Shown one piece after another: positions 18,392-26,264 of a stretch of 64,000 bases of DNA. Below the pieces are notes generated by a model, which saw nothing but the letters and a program-made list of their open reading frames with translations, did not search any database and was not told the DNA's origin. Position numbers and translations under genes: made by a program. The stretch is from Pseudobdellovibrio sp. (GTDB taxonomy: Bacteria; Bdellovibrionota; Bdellovibrionia; Bdellovibrionales; Bdellovibrionaceae). Where the stretch lies: positions 12,502 to 76,501 of the forward strand of contig JAMPXC010000010.1 of the NCBI GenBank assembly GCA_023701385.1, written 5' to 3'. Each line of letters opens with the position of its first letter. The stretch's first letter is position 1.

Positions 18392-21300
18392 TTAATGGCA
18401 TGAAAATGGCGTTGCACCGACTTGGCCTTGCATATGCTCTAAACTCCAAACTGAACCATTCCAGTAAAGAGTGGCTTGCACCGTACCTTGATTACTAGCA
18501 GTACCTACAAGAGCATTAGCAGCATCCCGTAAATTTGTTCCCCACCCACGCCATTCAATTTCTGCAATGTAGCCTGTCGCATTTAGTTTTCCTAAAGTCA
18601 TTCGGTAAGTTCCATTCCAAGTGGTATCATAACCATCAAACAAATAGCTTGCGTGTGGACCCGCTGCACAGCCCACAGTGTCTTTTAATCGCGGAGCAAT
18701 TCCACGCCACGTGTAAGTTTCATCTTGATGAGCATCGATGTATGTTGAAGTTAAAAATGCCGGCATCGAAACTGTTCTGGTTGTTCCATCAAATGTCAGA
18801 ACCAGTTGTCCGTAGTTTGGTTGTTTAATACCACCGTTCACTTGTAATTTTGAAGTTGGCGTTGTTACACCGATACCCACATTACCTGTTGTTGGAGCCA
18901 GCGCTACTTGATCGTACTGAACTTTCACCATATCAACATTTGATCCACCTGATTGGGCATTTGTACGTAAAACGATTTGATCATTCACATTATCAAAAAT
19001 TTCAATCACTAAACGACTGACTTCAGAATTCACATCGTGTTCACCAAAAATCGAACCCGCATCGGTGCTCGCAATCCCTGCTGTTCCTGATTGCGTGCTG
19101 GCGTTAAACATCATTCTGCCTGTTGGCACATTTACATCACCACCAGCCACTTCTAACCGTGTTGTAGGGTTTGATGTGCCGATACCGACTGAACCACTGT
19201 TTGCATTTAAAATTGTATTGTTACCAACTTTATTAATGTAGAGCGGACGTGTTCCATGTGATTGAATCCACGCATATTCGGCACTGGCTGCTGTATCATC
19301 AGTACCTAATAGTAAAGCCGCCACACCTCCGCCATTAATCGCAATAGTTCCACTTGTGTAAGACGATGGGCTTCCATTCGGACCGCGCACATCTAATTTA
19401 GTGACTGGAGAAGTTGTTCCAATACCAATGTTACCTGAAGGTTTAAAAGTCATCATCGTGGTACTGCTTGTACCCAGTGTTAAATCAGCATTTAAATAAT
19501 TGTAAACACCAAAACCATTTGTACTGCCACCATCACCAAAGCCAACATACCCAGTATCACTTCCGCCATGGCGAAACATCAAAAGTGGATGTGCATTTGC
19601 ATTCGTTGTTTCAAGCTTCATCACGGAATTCCAACCAGCCACACCACCCGTGGCTACGTGTAACGGTGCGGTTGGAGTTGAATTACCGATACCGACATTA
19701 CCATTCTGTGTAATGCGCAAGCGTTCTGTCGCATCAGCGGCAGAATCATTTGTGTAAATTCTAACATCAGCACCAAGCTGACTTACACCAGGTGCGCTGG
19801 TGACATAAGAAGAAATTCTGGCTCCGCGAATATAAGAACCATCACTGCTTAACCCACGAAATCCGATATGACCGATCGTATCGCCATTGATGACAGGTGT
19901 ACTGGCTCCACGATCTTTTTGTAAGTAAATATCAGGCGATGACGGGGAAGAAACTGATCGTGTTAAAGTTAAAGCGGCCACCGAACCCTTAATTTCTAAA
20001 TCTGTAGCCGGTGAAGTCGTCCCGATTCCCACTTTACCATCACCTTTAATAATCATTTTTGTTGAGATCAATGGAGACGAAGCCACAGCTTCAAATGTGC
20101 CACTTGGCGCGTCAGGCGATGCGTACGTATCGAAAACTATATTCCCCGCAGCCATACGGATGCGATCAGGCCCTGAAGTATTATCAGAATCATTGCCTTT
20201 GAAAAGCAACAACTCCGAACTTTCCGTCGGAGCATAAACACGTTCGCCGATGTAAGTGTGGTTGTAAGATCCCGCCCCATCGCCGGTAGTTCCTCTGAAG
20301 GCGATGTAATTCGAATCAGAATTACCGATGCGCATGTTACCTAAGACATCTAATTTTTCACCCGGTGTAGCTGTGCCCACACCAAGGCTTCCGCTGGTTG
20401 TCAGATTTCCGTTCGCTGTGAGGTTACCTTGCACTGACATCGGACTTGAAACAACCACTGACCCTGCCGGATTTAAAGTTAAATTACTTGTTGAATTAAT
20501 TTGTGAAGTGTTATCAATCGAACCTTGTGAAGAACCCGTCGCAATAATGCGGCGTTGATTAGCGCCATCAGTAAGATAAAAATTAGAACCGTCATATTCC
20601 ATTGTTCCTGATTGCGGTGAAGTCAGTAAAGTTCCTGAGGTAAATTTTAATGAGGCTGTGGCTGATGTTCCCGCAGCTAAAGATAATAGAGCTGTTGGAC
20701 GAAGACCGAGACCAAACATCGCCCCGTTCATCTCTAAAGTATCGTCACCCGACAGAATAAAACGCGCATCAAAGTCGGTACTGCTGTCATTTGCAAAATC
20801 AATGTAAGGGCTACCGGCATTATCATATTCGCGCAGCTCAATGAAAGCGTTACCATCATTACCCATGGAGACAGAGCCATTATTCGCAGCCCCTGCTCGA
20901 ACTGTCCCAAGCACATCAAGAGCATGGACTGGATTAGATACGCCGATACCGACATCTCCCCCACTATAAAAAATGTCTGTTCCGTTTGTTGTCCACTGTG
21001 TGGCACTTGTCGCATTTGCCGGAGTATAACCTAACGTCGCGATGATTGCCGCACTGGTAGCCTGCTGTTTATTATTAAATGTATTCCAATCACTTGCTGA
21101 TAAATAACCATTTGTAGCCGACGTTGCTTGTGAAATCGAAAGTGTTGGCGTAGCGCCACCTGTTGATGACAGCGGTGCTGTCGCACTGACACTCGTCACG
21201 CTTCCCGTAGATGGACTAATCCATGATAAACTTCCAGAGCCATCTGTTGATAGGACTTGGCCAGATGTTCCACTGGTGGTTGGTAAATTTAAAGTATAAT

Positions 21301-22420
21301 TGGCCGCCAAACTTGTTGGCGCCTGCAAACGAATATTAAAGCTTGTGCTAGGTTTATAGATATCAACATAATTCACTTTTGCGGCGTTCGCGTAAATATC
21401 ATTAACCGTGATATTTCCTGAAGAGTTTCTTTTTACGATCGTGTCCACCGTCGCAGAAGTTGTTGCGGCTAATGTTTCATCAACGCTTGTTGACAATTGT
21501 GCCGCTGTTTTACCACCAACACTTTGAACAACGTTTGCCGAAACAGTTCCGCTCACATCACCTGATAGTTGCGACGCTTGAATTTGTGAATTAACCGCAG
21601 TTCCGCTGACCGGTGCATAACCTAATGTGTTTATAATCTGCGTGCTGCTCGCAGAAAGTTTTGATTTGAACTCGGCGTAATCAACTGATGTCAAATAACC
21701 ATCACTCGACATTGATGCGACATTAATTGAAATCACCGGCGCACTCGCAGTTCCGGCGGTTGTAAGTACAGTTCCGCTGGTGGTCACACTTGAAATACCG
21801 CTGCTGGATACACCCACAGCGATACAACTAAAATTCGCGCCATTAAATTTAATCGCCTCGTTGGCTTGGCAATTCAATGTCGCTAAAGTTGAATATTCAA
21901 CAAATGAAGTATCTGCTTTTCCATTGAGAGATTGTGAGTTTTGCGCTTTTGCAGAATACATCGCATAAGGCACAGAGTTAATAGCCATCGCTGGCAGCGT
22001 TTGCCAACCATTACCTTCGTTAAACTGCATCACGATTTTTCTATTATCAGTTGAAATTGGATTATACACACCCGGTGCTTGGCACACAAATGATGGTATC
22101 GAGTTATCAAAGACTGAAGCAAACGTCACCGGGCCACTAGCAGGATATGTTCTTGTTCCCATCCCTAAACTAAACGAAGTGAAACCACCACTTCCGATCA
22201 TATTCACGGCAGCATAATCTTCTATATATAGAACGCAGGATGAAGATGGATCTAAAACCGTAAACCGAAAATTAACACTGACTGATTCAAGTGGATATCC
22301 ATCGGGTTTATAGATTTTAGCTTGATAGGTTGTCCGCCCGTTGATTGCAAATGCAGATGTAGAAAGCAATAGTATGCTTCCAAGCGCGAAATAATAAACG
22401 TGCCTCAACCACTTATTCAC
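18392..22420 (-). CDS. MAT-type fibre adhesin 4, no S74 chaperone, unique C-terminal tip domain
   Basis: Same N-domain and GNVGIGT repeats. No SDxRLK motif; it ends in ~140 aa of unique sequence (...WSLEHMQGQVGATPFSCH). Start re-assigned to GTG 22420; the ORF track opens at 22513. Confidence 0.85.
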   Translation of the reverse strand: MNKWLRHVYYFALGSILLLSTSAFAINGRTTYQAKIYKPDGYPLESVSVNFRFTVLDPSSSCVLYIEDYAAVNMIGSGGFTSFSLGMGTRTYPASGPVTFASVFDNSIPSFVCQAPGVYNPISTDNRKIVMQFNEGNGWQTLPAMAINSVPYAMYSAKAQNSQSLNGKADTSFVEYSTLATLNCQANEAIKFNGANFSCIAVGVSSSGISSVTTSGTVLTTAGTASAPVISINVASMSSDGYLTSVDYAEFKSKLSASSTQIINTLGYAPVSGTAVNSQIQASQLSGDVSGTVSANVVQSVGGKTAAQLSTSVDETLAATTSATVDTIVKRNSSGNITVNDIYANAAKVNYVDIYKPSTSFNIRLQAPTSLAANYTLNLPTTSGTSGQVLSTDGSGSLSWISPSTGSVTSVSATAPLSSTGGATPTLSISQATSATNGYLSASDWNTFNNKQQATSAAIIATLGYTPANATSATQWTTNGTDIFYSGGDVGIGVSNPVHALDVLGTVRAGAANNGSVSMGNDGNAFIELREYDNAGSPYIDFANDSSTDFDARFILSGDDTLEMNGAMFGLGLRPTALLSLAAGTSATASLKFTSGTLLTSPQSGTMEYDGSNFYLTDGANQRRIIATGSSQGSIDNTSQINSTSNLTLNPAGSVVVSSPMSVQGNLTANGNLTTSGSLGVGTATPGEKLDVLGNMRIGNSDSNYIAFRGTTGDGAGSYNHTYIGERVYAPTESSELLLFKGNDSDNTSGPDRIRMAAGNIVFDTYASPDAPSGTFEAVASSPLISTKMIIKGDGKVGIGTTSPATDLEIKGSVAALTLTRSVSSPSSPDIYLQKDRGASTPVINGDTIGHIGFRGLSSDGSYIRGARISSYVTSAPGVSQLGADVRIYTNDSAADATERLRITQNGNVGIGNSTPTAPLHVATGGVAGWNSVMKLETTNANAHPLLMFRHGGSDTGYVGFGDGGSTNGFGVYNYLNADLTLGTSSTTMMTFKPSGNIGIGTTSPVTKLDVRGPNGSPSSYTSGTIAINGGGVAALLLGTDDTAASAEYAWIQSHGTRPLYINKVGNNTILNANSGSVGIGTSNPTTRLEVAGGDVNVPTGRMMFNASTQSGTAGIASTDAGSIFGEHDVNSEVSRLVIEIFDNVNDQIVLRTNAQSGGSNVDMVKVQYDQVALAPTTGNVGIGVTTPTSKLQVNGGIKQPNYGQLVLTFDGTTRTVSMPAFLTSTYIDAHQDETYTWRGIAPRLKDTVGCAAGPHASYLFDGYDTTWNGTYRMTLGKLNATGYIAEIEWRGWGTNLRDAANALVGTASNQGTVQATLYWNGSVWSLEHMQGQVGATPFSCH

Positions 22421-22427
22421 ATCATAC

Positions 22428-22454
22428 TTATCGGCGTTAATTGCAGAAAATTTA
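22428..22454 (-). promoter_or_regulatory. Consensus sigma28/FliA promoter TAAA-N15-GCCGATAA
   Basis: Minus strand reads TAAA ttttctgcaattaac GCCGATAA gtatgat GTG: a perfect match to the enterobacterial sigma28 consensus including spacing. Confidence 0.8.
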
Positions 22455-22634
22455 AACCGGATCTGCTGTGGTCTTGTTTTTAAAGCAACTTTAACAGCTG
22501 TAGAGCGACTCATTGTGAGAATCTAACAACAAATTTAATTTGCGAATTAGCGCAGTAGGCGTCTTAGTGTCAAAACCCTAGACGCACTTTTTACTTGGGT
22601 GAACAGCTGAATGGCTTCAACGCTATCTCAGCTG

Positions 22635-22650
22635 TGGCACATTGCTCGCT
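22635..22650 (+). promoter_or_regulatory. Candidate sigma54 -24/-12 promoter TGGCACATTGCTCGCT
   Basis: GG-N10-GC spacing is correct and TGGCAC is perfect; the -12 is TCGCT rather than TTGCT. The predicted +1 (~22661) abuts ATG 22662. Confidence 0.4.
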
Positions 22651-22661
22651 AGGTAAAAGGC

Positions 22662-23708
22662 ATGTTTAAGACAGTCCGCCTTTTACCTTTAGTTTTGTTT
22701 ACTCTTATAAGTACTGCGGCTATCGCGGCACCTCTGTCGCTGTACACAGAATTAGATCAAAAGTTTAATCAAGCCGAATCGCAAAAAGTTCGCGTGATTC
22801 CTAAAGGCAATGTGGGCATGACTGAAATTCCTGAAGTAGCCCGCCTTCGTGTGTACTCACGCGCGGTTCTTAACGGCGAATGGGAAGCTTTATTAAAATC
22901 AGGACGCGAAACTGAGTTTGCGTTAACACTTGGTAAAAATAAAATTCCGAAAATTCTAGATGCTTTAAATGAACAAGGGTTAATTGCCGAATCAATCAGA
23001 TTAGGTAAAGCCTTTAATATTCATCCTATGCACATTCTAGGTCCGATCATTGGCGAAAATTCTTTTAACGGAGCTATCGATCAAACTATTCAAGATAGTT
23101 TTGCGAAAATGTTTAACGAGTCAGACTTTAAAACAATGTCGGCGCGTATGAAAATGATTTCTGAAGAACCTTCGACTGTGGGCTGCATGAGTTTAAATAT
23201 TTCTAACTACTGGAAGTGGCGCTGTATTCTTCATAAGTCAGGTTACTTAGCTAATGGTTCGAACCGTGATTTTATCTTCTGGTTCTATCAAATTTCAAAT
23301 AAGGGCCAAGGCACATTTGGTTTAGGTCAGATTCAACCGTTCTTATTATGGAGCGTGAATGACCTTGTGGTCGAAAAAACAAAAGCTTTAGGTTACAACT
23401 ACAAAAAATTTAACCTAACTGATATGAAAACGCCGTTTCAGGTTATTTTTAATAACAAAGAAATGTTAGCCTACATCGCAGCTATGGCCCATGTATCGAT
23501 CAATGTTTATAAACAGATCGCGCAAGTTGATATCAGCAAAAATCCAGGTCTCACAACAACACTTTATAACTTAGGCGATGAATACCAAAGAGCTTATATG
23601 TCTACAGTTCGCGGCGGCGACCCACAGGTTAATTTTATGGGTTGGTATGTAAACCGCTTTGAAGATTCGATTAATAACTATTTAAAAAACACAGAAATAA
23701 AAAATTAA
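22662..23708 (+). CDS. Secreted DUF1402-like protein (possibly lysozyme-like fold)
   Basis: Signal peptide; IHPMHILGPIIGEN, TFGLGQ, DISKNPGLTTTLYNLG and NFMGWYVN match recalled DUF1402 motifs. Confidence 0.65.
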   Translation: MFKTVRLLPLVLFTLISTAAIAAPLSLYTELDQKFNQAESQKVRVIPKGNVGMTEIPEVARLRVYSRAVLNGEWEALLKSGRETEFALTLGKNKIPKILDALNEQGLIAESIRLGKAFNIHPMHILGPIIGENSFNGAIDQTIQDSFAKMFNESDFKTMSARMKMISEEPSTVGCMSLNISNYWKWRCILHKSGYLANGSNRDFIFWFYQISNKGQGTFGLGQIQPFLLWSVNDLVVEKTKALGYNYKKFNLTDMKTPFQVIFNNKEMLAYIAAMAHVSINVYKQIAQVDISKNPGLTTTLYNLGDEYQRAYMSTVRGGDPQVNFMGWYVNRFEDSINNYLKNTEIKN

Positions 23709-23724
23709 TACGAGGAGTAAAATT

Positions 23725-24348
23725 ATGAAAAAAATCGCACTTACCGTGCTATCACTTATGACAGCACAGACAGTTATGGCCAATAGTTACTTACAAGAAC
23801 TTAATAAAATTGAAGAACAAGTTAAAGTGTCGGTGACTGTTCAGTATCAATGTAAAGGCGACGCTCAAGAAGCTGGGCGCATTGGTTTTGTAACTTTTGA
23901 TAAAAGCCATATTTTTAACAATCAAAGCAATATGAACGATCGCACCGGCTGGTCGAAATCTGGCCGTAACGATTTATTAACGGCGAAGCTGGTTCCTGCA
24001 GCCCCTATCAACCACTCTTACACATCTTTAGATCTAAAAGTTTGGGAATACATGCCTGAAACGATCAAGGGGATCCGCGCCGTGGGGAACGACAACACTC
24101 AAGATATGATTTTAACTTTTGATAAAGCGACAACAAGTGCTTTTTCTTCAGAAGCAAAAATGTTTGCGAGCGAATTAACTGAGGAATTACAAACAACAGG
24201 TACGCTCGTAGTCGTTGATCACGTAACTGGCCAAGCGCAAAAACAAAGCTGCGATATCATCTTACAAAAATGCGCTGGTACGAACTGTGTTACTCGTGTT
24301 GTTTTACAAAACTACCACAAACCGTTCTTAATGAACTCAATCAAATAG
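23725..24348 (+). CDS. Secreted hypothetical protein
   Basis: GAGGAG SD; signal peptide (...AQTVMA); four Cys; no family recognised. Confidence 0.75.
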   Translation: MKKIALTVLSLMTAQTVMANSYLQELNKIEEQVKVSVTVQYQCKGDAQEAGRIGFVTFDKSHIFNNQSNMNDRTGWSKSGRNDLLTAKLVPAAPINHSYTSLDLKVWEYMPETIKGIRAVGNDNTQDMILTFDKATTSAFSSEAKMFASELTEELQTTGTLVVVDHVTGQAQKQSCDIILQKCAGTNCVTRVVLQNYHKPFLMNSIK

Positions 24349-24360
24349 TCTTAGATTTAA

Positions 24361-24396
24361 AAAAGAGTCCAGAGTGTTTCACTCTGAGACTCTTTT
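24361..24396. terminator. Intrinsic terminator hairpin
   Basis: AAAAGAGTC-CAGAGT / ACTCTG-(A)-GACTCTTTT stem with one bulge and A/T flanks, 12 nt after the stop at 24348. Confidence 0.8.
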
Positions 24397-24409
24397 GTTT
24401 GCGTTAATT

Positions 24410-24437
24410 TAAAGATGGCCTAGACTAGCACCGACAA
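24410..24437 (+). promoter_or_regulatory. sigma28-like promoter TAAAG-N15-ACCGACAA before the diguanylate cyclase
   Basis: The -10 box ends 6 nt before ATG 24444; no SD. Confidence 0.55.
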
Positions 24438-24443
24438 GAAGTT

Positions 24444-26264
24444 ATGCGTTTTACTTTCTTGGTCAGCCTTATTTTATGGGTTAATCCTATAGCTTTTGCT
24501 TCTAGCACAGCGGCCCTGAAAATTTTAGAACAGGCTGACGAGTTAGCCGGCGATAATCCAAAAGCCAGTCTTGAACTACTCGCTTCTCTCGACAAAACAA
24601 TCCCTTCCTCTGAAATCGACGCGCATTTACGTAAGAATATTCTTAAATGCGAAATTTTAGTTGATAACGATGATCCGCGTGAAGCTTTAAAAATTAGCGA
24701 AAGCCCATTGAGAGAACTTAATGTTAAATCTGAACTAGGTTTAAAAATGCGTCTTTGCCGCAGCTCTGCGTTAGAAGGCGTTGGTGAATCTGTTAAAGCT
24801 GAAACTGAATTAATAAAAATTCTTTCTGAAAGCCGTAATGAAGGTTTTCGCGAAGTTGAAGGCCAGGCTCATCTTAAACTGGGGCAGATCCAATCTTTTA
24901 AAAATCAGTTCTCTTCAAGCCTTAATCACCTAACGTCAGCTAAGCAGATTTTTTCTTTGCTGAAATTAGCTCATAAAGAAAGAATCACTTTAAACTCGAT
25001 TGCCGTTCTTTACGGACGTATGGGCGAAAATGCAAAAGCCATTACGTATTTTGAAGAAGTCTTAGCGCAGAATAAAAGCTTAGGTAAAAACAGAAATATC
25101 GCAGTCGTGCTTTATAACATCGGGCGCAGATACGAAGATTTAAAAAATTACGATAAAGCCCTAGCTTATTTAAATGATTCTTTAAAAATTCATAGCGAGA
25201 TGAAAAATGAAAAAAGCTTAGCTGTCGTTGAAAGAGCACTAGGTGGTGTTTACAACAGCCTCGGAAAACCAGAAGAAGCTCTAAAACATCTTACAAATGC
25301 CTTAGGTACACTGGAACGAAAAAATCTTGTTAAATCCCAGGCGCAGCTGCATTTAGAGCTTGGAAAAACTTATACCTTAATGAAGAAGCCTAAAGAAGCG
25401 CTGGCGAGTTTAGCTAAAGCCGAAGAGTTAAATGTTAAATCTTTTTCACAGCAGCTGGCTTCAGATATCTTTCAAGCTCGCAGTCAAATTTATGAAAGCA
25501 CAGGGCAATGGAAACAAGCTTATGAATCTTTAAGTCAGCTAAAGAAAAGTTCTGATAGCCTATTTAAAATGAAAGCTGACGAACAATTAAGCCGTATGAA
25601 TGCGCTGTTTGATGTTGAAATGTTACAAAAAGAACTTTCAAACTCACAGCGTATACAAAATTTACAGCTTTTAGCCCTAGCTTTAGCTGCTGGGTTATTA
25701 ATTTTTGGCGTTTTCTTTACGATCAAGCAAATCAAGATGGCTCGCACTATGCGTGCCTTAGCTTTAACCGATGAAATGACTAAGATTCCTAATCGCCGTC
25801 ATATTATTGAATACGGAAAACAGATGTTAAATACCTGCCAACGCCAGGATAAAGCGTTGTCAGTGGTTATCTTTGATATCGATCACTTTAAAAAGATTAA
25901 CGATACTTTCGGTCATGCGGTTGGCGATGAAGTTATTAAAAAAGTAGCCTTTATCGGCCGCAATTCACTTCGCCAAGAAGATATGATTGGTCGTATCGGT
26001 GGCGAAGAGTTCTTAGCTATTTTACCTTTTACCGGAGCTGAAGCGGCCAAAGAAGTGGCTGAGCGTATTCGTTTACAGATTCAAAAATATAACTTTTCTA
26101 ATATCTCTGATAAACTGCAAGTGACAGTCAGTGTGGGCGTAGTCACACAAGAACTACCTCGTAGCTCAGTAAGCCTTGATCAATTAATTCACGATGCCGA
26201 TGAAGCTTTATACAACGTTAAACAAAATGGCCGTAATGGTGTAAGTTTACGTTTAATTTCATAG
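24444..26264 (+). CDS. Membrane diguanylate cyclase: periplasmic TPR region, TM, GGDEF domain
   Basis: Signal peptide, TPR-like helical repeats, TM (LLALALAAGLLIFGVFF), DIDHFKKINDTFGH, intact GGEEF, and RQED I-site 5 residues before it. Confidence 0.92.
   Translation: MRFTFLVSLILWVNPIAFASSTAALKILEQADELAGDNPKASLELLASLDKTIPSSEIDAHLRKNILKCEILVDNDDPREALKISESPLRELNVKSELGLKMRLCRSSALEGVGESVKAETELIKILSESRNEGFREVEGQAHLKLGQIQSFKNQFSSSLNHLTSAKQIFSLLKLAHKERITLNSIAVLYGRMGENAKAITYFEEVLAQNKSLGKNRNIAVVLYNIGRRYEDLKNYDKALAYLNDSLKIHSEMKNEKSLAVVERALGGVYNSLGKPEEALKHLTNALGTLERKNLVKSQAQLHLELGKTYTLMKKPKEALASLAKAEELNVKSFSQQLASDIFQARSQIYESTGQWKQAYESLSQLKKSSDSLFKMKADEQLSRMNALFDVEMLQKELSNSQRIQNLQLLALALAAGLLIFGVFFTIKQIKMARTMRALALTDEMTKIPNRRHIIEYGKQMLNTCQRQDKALSVVIFDIDHFKKINDTFGHAVGDEVIKKVAFIGRNSLRQEDMIGRIGGEEFLAILPFTGAEAAKEVAERIRLQIQKYNFSNISDKLQVTVSVGVVTQELPRSSVSLDQLIHDADEALYNVKQNGRNGVSLRLIS

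Noticed and set aside
2860-21000. CRISPR-like array from recurring CCGATACCGAC(G/A)TT(A/G)CC strings
   Set aside because: These encode the GNVGIG protein repeat, vary at wobble positions and are irregularly spaced by hundreds of bases; no cas genes.
3283-21968. Many 60-170 aa ORFs overlapping the fibre genes, mostly antisense
   Set aside because: Shadow ORFs produced by the repetitive Gly/Thr/Ser/Asn codon pattern; no SDs or recognisable domains, and they recur wherever the host module recurs.
2342-22420. Prophage or tailocin, suggested by tail-fibre and S74 domains
   Set aside because: No capsid, terminase, baseplate, sheath, lysis or integrase genes nearby; every fibre has a Sec signal peptide and the host-type N-domain.
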